From the IMG/VR virus record IMGVR_UViG_3300042195_000197, positions 1 through 26,548 of that record: 26,548 nt of DNA; one strand, 5' to 3'. Positions within the stretch are counted from its first letter, which is position 1. Each line of letters begins with the position of its first letter. The notes under the pieces are model-generated. The model worked only from the letters and a program-made list of their open reading frames with translations, did not search any database and was not told the origin of the DNA. Position numbers and translations under genes: made by a program. Positions 18,017 to 25,592 of the stretch are shown one piece after another. The DNA comes from a virus. Lineage: Duplodnaviria; Caudoviricetes.

Positions 18017-19242
18017 TCTTCGGGCTCGACGGCCTCGACCGGATCGGGCAGATCGCCGACATCATCACCCTCGAAGCGGTCGAGCGGGACCTCCGGCCGG
18101 GCTCGTGGCGGCTCACCGTCCCAGCCGGCGAGATCGGCTCGGTTGCCCGGTCGCTGCTCGCCGTCGCCCACCCTGGCGTCGAACTGTGGGACCCCGACAC
18201 CGGGTGGCGGTACGGCGGGTTCGTCACCCACCGCGAAACCGAGGTCACCCCCACCGCGACCACGGTCACGTTCGCCGGCCTCGACTTCCAGGCCATCCTC
18301 GCCCGCCGCCTCGACCGGCCACACCCCGACCTCGCCGACTGGGACGAACCGGTCACGCCCCTGTCGACCTCCCTGTCGACGATGGCGGTCCGCATGATCC
18401 ACCGCAACGTCGGCCCCGGCGACGCAGCTGCCGGGGCCACCGCAGCAGCCGCCTACCGGCGGATCCCCGACCTCGAGGTCATCTACCAGCCCGGCATCGG
18501 GTCCGTCGTCAACTACGAGCCGTCCGGGCGGCCCCTGATCGAACTGCTCCAAGACTGGTTCACCGGGTTCACCCACACCGCCGAGTTGCGGCTCGTCCGC
18601 GATGCCGACGGCGAGCCTGCGTTGCGGTTCACGACCCCGGCCCGCCCGAAGGCTGAACGGCTCGTGCTGTCACCAGGGATGGGCACGATGGCCAGTTACC
18701 GCATCGTCGAGACCGCCGCCGCGGTCACCGAGATCGCCGTGCTGACCGGGTTCGAGAACGTGTCCGGCTGGCGGGACACCCGGTGGGGCATCACCTTCGG
18801 GCCCGGCGGCGTGGAGCTCGGGGCGACCTCGGGCACACCGGCTGACTGGCGGTGGAACCTGGTGGAAGGGTTCTTCCCCCAAGCTGGCCTCGGATCCGAC
18901 GGGGACACAGACCCGGTCGACCAGGAGATAACGGACCTGGCCACCGACAACGACCACACCCGCTCCGTCGCCTTCGAGGGCCTCGAGGTGACCGGCTACG
19001 GACGCGACATCGGCGTCGGCTGGCTCGTCGACGCCGCCCTCGACGACACACTCGACTCCTCCGGTGAGGGCTCCTACACCGAGCTGCCGGTCGTCGCCTC
19101 CACTCTCACGTTCACCCCCGACACCGGGTGGCGGCGCGAAGTCGATGTTGGCGCTGAGGCCCTCGACCGGGGGCCGGCCGCCATCTACACCCAGCTGTCT
19201 CGCCTGATCCGCCGTATCCGGGCACTGGAGCGCAACGCCTGA
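18010..19242 (+). CDS. Minor tail protein/baseplate hub (ReqiPepy6 Gp37-like)
   Basis: Follows Dit; LEAVERDLRPGSWRLTVP, YGRDIGVGWLV, C-terminal coiled coil LIRRIRALERN. GTG 18010. Confidence 0.75.
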   Translation: MLIFGLDGLDRIGQIADIITLEAVERDLRPGSWRLTVPAGEIGSVARSLLAVAHPGVELWDPDTGWRYGGFVTHRETEVTPTATTVTFAGLDFQAILARRLDRPHPDLADWDEPVTPLSTSLSTMAVRMIHRNVGPGDAAAGATAAAAYRRIPDLEVIYQPGIGSVVNYEPSGRPLIELLQDWFTGFTHTAELRLVRDADGEPALRFTTPARPKAERLVLSPGMGTMASYRIVETAAAVTEIAVLTGFENVSGWRDTRWGITFGPGGVELGATSGTPADWRWNLVEGFFPQAGLGSDGDTDPVDQEITDLATDNDHTRSVAFEGLEVTGYGRDIGVGWLVDAALDDTLDSSGEGSYTELPVVASTLTFTPDTGWRREVDVGAEALDRGPAAIYTQLSRLIRRIRALERNA

Positions 19243-19727
19243 TGGCCACCACGACCTACGCCCGCACGATGTGGCGGACCCAGCCCTACGAGCCGCCCGA
19301 CCCTTCCCGCCCCGCGATCGGGACCAGCTGGTCACCCCTCGCCATCTACATCGCCGAGCCCCCCACGGCGGACCAGTGGTGGATGGGTGCCGTGATCGAC
19401 GTCGACGTGGACGACGGCACCGAAGGACAGATCCGCCTGCGGTCCGCCACCGGGGGCGAGGTCGGTCGGGCCGCCCGGATCGGGTCCTACGTCGAGCGGG
19501 TCATTCTCGGCTGGGAGGAGATCGCCACCGCCGACACCCTCATCTACCTGGAGGGGCGCCGCACGATCGGGACGGGCGGCGGTGTGAAGCTCCTGGCGGC
19601 CGCGGTCACCCTCATGGTCGAGCCCCCGGCCGGTCAGCGGGAGGACCCGACCTACCCGCCCGGCTACGTGCCGCCCGAACCGCCCCCGTACCCGCCGACC
19701 TACACGACGTCGCCGCCCTACGCCTGA
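19242..19727 (+). CDS. Minor tail protein with Pro/Tyr-rich C-terminus
   Basis: TGATG coupling; beta-rich domain then EDPTYPPGYVPPEPPPYPPTYTTSPPYA. Confidence 0.65.
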   Translation: MATTTYARTMWRTQPYEPPDPSRPAIGTSWSPLAIYIAEPPTADQWWMGAVIDVDVDDGTEGQIRLRSATGGEVGRAARIGSYVERVILGWEEIATADTLIYLEGRRTIGTGGGVKLLAAAVTLMVEPPAGQREDPTYPPGYVPPEPPPYPPTYTTSPPYA

Positions 19728-19735
19728 GGTAGCCG

Positions 19736-20212
19736 ATGACCCTCCCCGAGACCGATCTCGACGGCCTCACCGTCGCCGACCACGAAGACCACCACATCAC
19801 CGTCCACGACCTCCTCAACAAGGTCCTCGTCGACGCGTCGGTCGGCGACATCCTCGCCAAGGTCGCCGCCGGGACCACCGCCGCCACGGTCGCCGGGATC
19901 CAGCCGCAATACGTGCACGCCAATCAGGTGATCGAGGTCGCCCACACCGCGGCCGGCGACCTCACCTTCACCGTCGACCGGTTCACGAGGTTCGTGCTCG
20001 TCACCGCCTCCGCACACATCACCGGCCTGGCCGTCACCGGGATGGGCACCCTCGGCGACCTGGCCGGCTGGTTCCACCTGAACCTGTCGGCCACCGCCTC
20101 GATCAACGTCGATCTCACCTCAGCCGACCCCGAGATCCTCGTAGCCGGCACGGTTCCGGCGACGATGGTCAACACCGATGTAGCCCTCCTCGACGTCGAG
20201 CGCTGGGCCTAG
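19736..20212 (+). CDS. Tail/fibre-associated protein, paralogue of the internal module of 20648-22525
   Basis: GAGG RBS; His motif DHEDHH; full-length similarity to 21416-21877. Confidence 0.72.
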   Translation: MTLPETDLDGLTVADHEDHHITVHDLLNKVLVDASVGDILAKVAAGTTAATVAGIQPQYVHANQVIEVAHTAAGDLTFTVDRFTRFVLVTASAHITGLAVTGMGTLGDLAGWFHLNLSATASINVDLTSADPEILVAGTVPATMVNTDVALLDVERWA

Positions 20213-20224
20213 GAAGGAACCTGG

Positions 20225-20647
20225 ATGGGAATCCGAGTCTGCAACCAGGGGGAGGAAGCGTGGCTCACCCTCATCGCCGCGGTGACGATGGACGTCCGCC
20301 TGTTCACCAACGACGTCGAATCCGGCCTGACCGGCACCCAGGTCAACGCCCTCACCGAGGCTGACTTCACCGAGGCCACGTTCGCCGGCTACGCGCCAGT
20401 CGAGGTCATCGCCGCGAACTGGGGGATGACCCCCGGGAACCCGACCGTCGCCCTCTACAACCAGCCCGCCACGTTCACCCGCTCATCCACCGGGTCACCG
20501 CAGACCGTGCGCGGCTACTACGTCACCCGCGCATCCGACGACGCCCTCCTCTACCACGAGTACTTCGCCACGGCCGCCGTCGTCGAGCTCGACGGTGACC
20601 AGGTCGACGTGACAGCGCGCATCACCCTGAAGGACGAGGACGACTAG
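20225..20647 (+). CDS. Virion structural protein, putative fibre adaptor
   Basis: GGAAGGAA RBS; VRLFTND...FTEATFAGYA...W...TVRGYYV...LLYHEYF...GDQVDVT. Confidence 0.7.
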   Translation: MGIRVCNQGEEAWLTLIAAVTMDVRLFTNDVESGLTGTQVNALTEADFTEATFAGYAPVEVIAANWGMTPGNPTVALYNQPATFTRSSTGSPQTVRGYYVTRASDDALLYHEYFATAAVVELDGDQVDVTARITLKDEDD

Positions 20648-22525
20648 GTGCCGACCCCGGCCTGGTCGGCCGAGCGCACGATCACGGGCACCGCCACATC
20701 GCACACGATCACCCTCCCCGCGTCCGGTGTCAACGCGGGGCAGCTGATCACGATCTGGTGCTCCACCCAGGAGTCCGCTGACGCCGGCGCCCCGGCCACC
20801 CCGGCCGGCTACACCCAGCGGTGGAGCCTCGGCCACGCCAGCTCGTTCAGGCCGCGGATCACGTGCGTCTACAAGATCGCTGACGGTTCCGAGGACTCCG
20901 ACGTCGTCACGTTCACGTGGGGGACCTCGGTCGAGACCCACATCGTGGCTGTCGGCTGGGACGACGTCGACACCACCACCCCGTTCGACACCACACGGAC
21001 CGGGCCGACGAACGGCAGCTCGAACCCTGATCCGGCGTCGATCACGACCGTGACCCCCAATGCGGTCGTCCTCGGCGTCATCGCCGGGAACCGGTCACCG
21101 ACCCCCTCCGTGACCCTGTCGTCCGGGTTCTCGACCGTCTACAGCCAGGTGCCTGACGCCCGGGCGTTCGTCATCGAGTCGATCGTCAAGGCGACACCAG
21201 GCGCGGTGAACCCGTCGGCGTTGACGTGGACCCCGATCGACAACCACACCACCGTCACCGACGCTCTCCGCCCCGCCAGCGGCGTCGATCTCGACGTGAC
21301 CGGCTCCGGTGGTGTCGTCGTCGGCGGTGAGGCCACGGTCGCCCTGACCGGCGGTGTGCTGTCCGTGACCGGCTCCGGCGGTGTGGTCGTCGGCGGTGAG
21401 GCGATCGTCCTGCCCACCCTGCCCGAGACGGACCTGGACACCACCCACGACGACGACCACATCGACCACCACGGCCTGATCCACGCCATCGCAAACCGCC
21501 TGCTCGACGCGACCGGTGCCGGCGACGCCCTCACCAAGACCGCAGCGACCGAGACCCTTGCCAGCCTCACCGCCATCCAACCCCACTACGTGCTCTCCGC
21601 GCAGACCCTCGACCACGCACACACCGTCGCCGGCGCCGTCGGTGTCACGATCACCGCCGCCACCAGGGTCGTCCGGGTCACCGCGTCCGCCAACATCACC
21701 GGCCTCACCATCACCGGCCACGACCTGATCGGCCTCACCCACTCAGAGCTCCGGATCCTGATCGAGGCCACCGCCTCCATCAACGTGGACCTGTCCGGCG
21801 TCGACCACATCATCGGCACCGTGCCGGCCACCATGGTCAACGGTGACCGGTTCTCGCTGCGCCTGCAACGCTGGGAGACGCCGCTCACGCCGCTCGCTGT
21901 CGCCGCGACCAAGACGTCGACCAGCGACACACCCACCACCGCCCACCAGGTCCGCATGCCCGACGTCGTCACCGCCGGGCAGACCCTCCTCGCGTTCCTC
22001 GCCGCGAACTCGGACACGACCTTCACCAGGACCGGGTGGACGCAGCTCGCCCACCTCACCGGGGAGCCCGGCACCCTCGACGTGTGGCGCAAGACGGGGG
22101 ACGCCACCGGGACCGAGGGCGGCACCGACGTCGTCTTCACCAGTGCCGCCCCGTTCACCGCTCTCCAGCCCGCCGCGTTCATCACGGCCACCGTCGACGG
22201 CCACCACGGCGACATCACCGTCGCCACTGCGTCGCCAGCGATCTCCAACCAGCCGGACCCGCCCCCTGTGACCGCCGCCTGGGGGTCAGCGCAGAACCTG
22301 TTCATGGCGGTCCACGCCCGCCGCAACGCCAACTCGCTCGTCACCGCCTACCCGGCCGGCTACACCGGCGGGGTCGACGCCCGCCGGGTCAACAGCGGGG
22401 GCGGCGCCGTCGGGATCGGCCTCGCTCACCGCCTCGTGATCGCCGCCACCGAGAACCCCGGGCCGTTCACCGTGTCCGCCTCCGAGCGGTGGCTGGCTGC
22501 CACCCTCGCCCTACGCCCCGCATAG
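20648..22525 (+). CDS. Modular tail fibre/receptor-binding-like protein
   Basis: 625 aa, Thr-rich. Two related beta-rich domains, both ending ALRPA, flank a Gly-Val repeat and a His-motif module. Confidence 0.75.
   Translation: MPTPAWSAERTITGTATSHTITLPASGVNAGQLITIWCSTQESADAGAPATPAGYTQRWSLGHASSFRPRITCVYKIADGSEDSDVVTFTWGTSVETHIVAVGWDDVDTTTPFDTTRTGPTNGSSNPDPASITTVTPNAVVLGVIAGNRSPTPSVTLSSGFSTVYSQVPDARAFVIESIVKATPGAVNPSALTWTPIDNHTTVTDALRPASGVDLDVTGSGGVVVGGEATVALTGGVLSVTGSGGVVVGGEAIVLPTLPETDLDTTHDDDHIDHHGLIHAIANRLLDATGAGDALTKTAATETLASLTAIQPHYVLSAQTLDHAHTVAGAVGVTITAATRVVRVTASANITGLTITGHDLIGLTHSELRILIEATASINVDLSGVDHIIGTVPATMVNGDRFSLRLQRWETPLTPLAVAATKTSTSDTPTTAHQVRMPDVVTAGQTLLAFLAANSDTTFTRTGWTQLAHLTGEPGTLDVWRKTGDATGTEGGTDVVFTSAAPFTALQPAAFITATVDGHHGDITVATASPAISNQPDPPPVTAAWGSAQNLFMAVHARRNANSLVTAYPAGYTGGVDARRVNSGGGAVGIGLAHRLVIAATENPGPFTVSASERWLAATLALRPA
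21295..21402 (+). repeat. 39-bp direct repeat, 69-bp period (VTGSGGVVVGGEA x2)
   Basis: cgtgaccggctccgg(t/c)ggtgt(c/g)gtcgtcggcggtgaggc at 21295 and 21364. Confidence 0.9.
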
Positions 22526-22533
22526 GAGCACCC

Positions 22534-23373
22534 TTGCGCAATGCCCGCTGGCGGGCCCGCCTCGGCGACACCGCCCCAGCCATCGCCGACACCATCCGAG
22601 AGGCACCCACCGGCACCCAGTTCGTCGGCGACCCCATCGACCTGACCGACGCCGCCGTGGCCGTCGTCATCCGCCGCTGGCCCGACCAGTTCACCGTCGC
22701 GTCGGAACCAGCCACGATCGTGAGCGAAGCTGAGGGCACCGTCACCGTCGACCTGCCCCCCGCTGTCACCGCCGTGGCCGCCCTCTACGAGGTGACGTGG
22801 GTCGTCACCTTCGACGACGCCACGATCCGCACGTTCCCGGGCGCCGTCGAGGCGCCGGCCCTCATCGACGTCGTTGGCTGGCTCGACGGGCCCGGACCCG
22901 ACCCTTGCCTGCTGGCCACCCTCACCCACCGGGGGGCCGCCCGCTACCTCGCCGGCGACCTCGACGTCGACGACCTCGAGCTGGCGCTCCTCACCGCCAC
23001 ACCGGCACTGGACGACGCCCTCGCCTGGGTCGACACCGGCGACATCGCCGGCGAGCTCGACGTCGCCGACGTGCCCGCCTACGCCCGCCAGGCCCTCGGC
23101 CCGGCCACCGTCACCACCGACACCGACGCCGCGCTGGTCACCGCCTCCTGGGCCACCCTCGACTTCGGGGCGCTGGAGACACCGGCCACGCCCGGCACGC
23201 TCGTCACCGCCGTGGCCGTCATCGACCCGAACACCTCCGACGTGATCCTCGTCGCCTCGGCCGCCGAGGCCCTCTCGCCTGCCGATGGGACCGCGTTCAG
23301 CGTCGCCGGTGTTGCGGTCGTCGCCGACACCGACGGGATCCGCCCAGCGCTTGTCGCCCTCGACGCCACGTGA
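22534..23373 (+). CDS. Baseplate upper protein (BppU N-terminal-like) domain fused to an adaptor-like domain
   Basis: AGGAG RBS and TTG 22534. GDTAP...PIDLTDA...EGTVTV...YEVTWVVTFDDATIRTFP, followed by LELALLT...AYARQAL...LDFGAL. Confidence 0.68.
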   Translation: MRNARWRARLGDTAPAIADTIREAPTGTQFVGDPIDLTDAAVAVVIRRWPDQFTVASEPATIVSEAEGTVTVDLPPAVTAVAALYEVTWVVTFDDATIRTFPGAVEAPALIDVVGWLDGPGPDPCLLATLTHRGAARYLAGDLDVDDLELALLTATPALDDALAWVDTGDIAGELDVADVPAYARQALGPATVTTDTDAALVTASWATLDFGALETPATPGTLVTAVAVIDPNTSDVILVASAAEALSPADGTAFSVAGVAVVADTDGIRPALVALDAT

Positions 23374-23792
23374 CCGGCTTCTTGTGGGCGCTGCTCGCAG
23401 CAGCAGCAGGCGCCCTCGGCGTGCGGGTCGCTGTTGCCCTCGCACTCGACTGGGGACCCGTCGCTGTCGCCAGCGTGGGCGGGGCCGGGGTCGCCATGAC
23501 CGCCGTCGGCGCCTGGATGAGCGTGCGGCGGCAGCGGTCCGGGTCGATCGAGACCAGCGAGTCGACCGAGCTGTGGGCCGAGCTCCGGTCCTACAGCAGC
23601 ACCCTCCGCTCCGACCTGCTCGCTGAGCGGGAGCACGCAGCCGCGCTCCGCGAACGGGTCGCCATCCTCGAAGCGGGACGACGGGAGGACCGGGAACGGA
23701 TCGCCGACCTGGAGGACACAGAGCGCCAGGCCCGCCGCCGGATCGAGGCCCTCGAGACCGAGGTCGAGCGGTTGAGGTCGATAGCCGGATGA
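23370..23792 (+). CDS. Membrane protein with C-terminal coiled coil (lysis-cassette type)
   Basis: GTG 23370 (GTGA overlap); two N-terminal hydrophobic segments, then a charged heptad-like helix. Confidence 0.7.
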   Translation: MTGFLWALLAAAAGALGVRVAVALALDWGPVAVASVGGAGVAMTAVGAWMSVRRQRSGSIETSESTELWAELRSYSSTLRSDLLAEREHAAALRERVAILEAGRREDRERIADLEDTERQARRRIEALETEVERLRSIAG

Positions 23793-24169
23793 CCGAGACT
23801 CACGACCCGTTCGAGCGGCTCGACGCCTTGGAGCGCCGCTGGGCCGTGGTCCCCGTCGACCAGATCTGGCCCCGGTGGCTGGTCCTTGCTGTCACCGCCG
23901 CCATGTTCGTTCTCTTGTCCCTCATCCTCGGTGGCCTCTACCGGGTCACGACCGACACCCGGGCCGCCGTTGACGCCCAGGTCGTCCCCCTCCAGGAGCA
24001 GGTCGCCCTCCAGGCCGACCGCATCGCCGAGCTGGAGGAGGCCGTCGCCGACTCCGAGGCCGTGATCATGCAGACCATCGAGGGGCTCTTGCTGTACGGC
24101 GGCCTACTCCGCGACGCCGGGATCGATCCGCCCCCGGTCGTCCTGCTACCACCAGAAGAAGGAGACTGA
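23789..24169 (+). CDS. Single-pass membrane protein with coiled coil (lysis-cassette type)
   Basis: ATGA overlap; TM segment WLVLAVTAAMFVLLSLILGGLY; LQEQVALQADRIAELEEAV. Confidence 0.7.
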   Translation: MTETHDPFERLDALERRWAVVPVDQIWPRWLVLAVTAAMFVLLSLILGGLYRVTTDTRAAVDAQVVPLQEQVALQADRIAELEEAVADSEAVIMQTIEGLLLYGGLLRDAGIDPPPVVLLPPEEGD

Positions 24170-24170
24170 C

Positions 24171-24389
24171 ATGCCGTCCACCAAGGTCACCGCCGCCGCG
24201 GTCACCGCCGCGGTCGTCACGATCGTCCTCGCCGTCGCTGGCCGCTTCGATGTCGAAGTAGGCGAGGAGCTGGCCGCCGGGATCACCGGCATCGTCAGCC
24301 TGATCGTCGCCTACTTCGTGCCCGAGACCAACCCGGCGCCGTCCTCGTACCCGCACCTGCCGCCCGAGATCATGCCACCGGTGCGGTAG
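24171..24389 (+). CDS. Putative holin
   Basis: GAAGGAG RBS; 72 aa with two hydrophobic helices (KVTAAAVTAAVVTIVLAV; AAGITGIVSLIVAYFVP); last gene of the late operon. Confidence 0.65.
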   Translation: MPSTKVTAAAVTAAVVTIVLAVAGRFDVEVGEELAAGITGIVSLIVAYFVPETNPAPSSYPHLPPEIMPPVR

Positions 24390-24416
24390 GCTGCAAGCTT
24401 CCGATGTGTAGTGCCA

Positions 24417-24456
24417 GATTGAGCCCCCAGCGGTCCGCCCCGCTGGGGGCTCAATC
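24417..24456. terminator. Perfect 17-bp hairpin, probable bidirectional terminator
   Basis: GATTGAGCCCCCAGCGG-tccgcc-CCGCTGGGGGCTCAATC between convergent genes; no long U tract. Confidence 0.82.
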
Positions 24457-24870
24457 GCGTCCAGGGTCAGTCGACACCATCGCAACGCTCATCGTGGACG
24501 GCTGTGACAAGCGCCCGGATATCCTCGCGATCGAGGACGTGCCATCGAACCAACTCTCCACTGAATTGGTGACCGTTGCGGGCAGCTCGCGTTCGTACAT
24601 GCTGTCGATGGCGGCATCGCCCAAGGCGTCCATCTCGGCCCGGTACTCCGGGTCGTTCTCGTAGCGCTCGGACAGTTCCTCCATCTCCTCGTCGTACCCG
24701 GCGTCGGCGGCATCGCCGGTGGCGGCGGAGGTCGTCGTGGTGGTGATGGTCGTGGACGCCGGTCCCGTCGTTGTGGTCGCCGAGATGGTCGCCGGCTCCG
24801 CCTCAGCCCCGGTTCCGCACGCCGCGAGCAGTGCCGCGATCGCGATCGCCAGTACGTGTGCAGGTCTCAT
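24451..24870 (-). CDS. Lipoprotein with Thr-rich linker and acidic helical domain
   Basis: ATG 24870 with GAGAGGGA upstream; signal peptide MRPAHVLAIAIAALLAAC (lipobox LAAC); poly-Thr linker. The C-terminus may be frameshifted. Confidence 0.8.
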   Translation of the reverse strand: MRPAHVLAIAIAALLAACGTGAEAEPATISATTTTGPASTTITTTTTSAATGDAADAGYDEEMEELSERYENDPEYRAEMDALGDAAIDSMYERELPATVTNSVESWFDGTSSIARISGRLSQPSTMSVAMVSTDPGRD

Positions 24871-25080
24871 GTCAGATTCCCTCTCGTCGTCGATCTTGCC
24901 CAGGGCCACGACCGGGGTAGGCGGGCTTCCTCCCTCGCCGCGTCCCTCGTGACGAAGGCCCGCCCCCCGGTCTGGCCTGCCATTCGCCGACCTACGCGGC
25001 TGTCGGGCCGTACCACTCGCCCTCGATGAACTGCCGCAACCGGGCCGGCCGGGCCGACAAGTACCCACCATAGACGCCCT

Positions 25081-25118
25081 GTGGACAAACGTCCACTAGT
25101 CGTGCACAAGTGCACGAC
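25081..25118. promoter_or_regulatory. Two adjacent palindromes, candidate operators
   Basis: GTGGAC-aaac-GTCCAC (25081-25096) and GTCGTGCAC-aa-GTGCACGAC (25099-25118) in the divergent intergenic region. Confidence 0.55.
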
Positions 25119-25132
25119 GCCGATCTAAAGTG

Positions 25133-25167
25133 GATATTGACAAGCTAGAGGTTGCTGTGTCAAGATC
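25133..25167. promoter_or_regulatory. Overlapping divergent sigma70-type promoters
   Basis: + strand TTGACA 25137-25142, 18 nt, CAAGAT 25161-25166; - strand TTGACA 25163-25158, 18 nt, CAATAT 25139-25134. AT-rich island in very GC-rich DNA. Confidence 0.62.
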
Positions 25168-25174
25168 AGGAGCC

Positions 25175-25447
25175 ATGAGACCCGCCACCGCTGCCACGGA
25201 CCGGACCAGGCGCTTCCTCTGCTACCTCCTCGACGAGGCCGGCTGGAAGCCAGACCCGCCGACCGATCCCGACGACGACCTGCTCGGCGCCCTCGTCCGC
25301 TCCAAGCGCATGGCCGCCGTCTCCTGGACCGAGCTCCGAGACGTCATCCGCGACCTCACCCGGGAAGCCGTCTCGGTCACGTGGCTGGTCAAGACCTTCC
25401 CCGAGTTCAACCACCCAGCCGACGAGCTGGCCGCCAGCGACGCCTAG
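25175..25447 (+). CDS. Small probable helix-turn-helix DNA-binding protein (Cro-like position)
   Basis: LVRSKRMAAVSWTELRDVIRDLTREAVSVTWLVKTFP resembles small actinophage HTH proteins; first gene after the promoter. ATG 25175 is preferred over 25130. Confidence 0.6.
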   Translation: MRPATAATDRTRRFLCYLLDEAGWKPDPPTDPDDDLLGALVRSKRMAAVSWTELRDVIRDLTREAVSVTWLVKTFPEFNHPADELAASDA

Positions 25448-25592
25448 ATCTGGCGGCGGGGGGCTCGTGATGCGCGGCGGCACACGAGTGCGGTACCCCG
25501 CCGCCAACCCGTTCGGTGCTGGTGGACCGACAACCCCGCCAGGTTCGCCCGGTCCACCAGCACCAACACCAACCACATCAAGGGGGAACCCA

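Noticed and set aside
19736-22525. Diversity-generating retroelement template/variable repeat pair
   Set aside because: The duplicated module is diverged throughout rather than only at adenines, both copies are coding, and no reverse transcriptase is in the window.
331-23636. Many long minus-strand ORFs across the structural operon
   Set aside because: Antisense shadows expected in very GC-rich DNA; no motifs or RBSs, and all are fully overlapped by well-supported + genes.
24867-25115. 82-aa minus ORF, or N-terminal extension of the lipoprotein to 25071
   Set aside because: No recognisable motif or clear RBS, and it overlaps the palindromic regulatory region. The ATGA overlap with the lipoprotein start leaves a small chance it is real.
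25467-25592. Upstream extension of the 190-aa ORF
   Set aside because: Runs through two strong hairpins and is low complexity; a clear RBS precedes ATG 25593.
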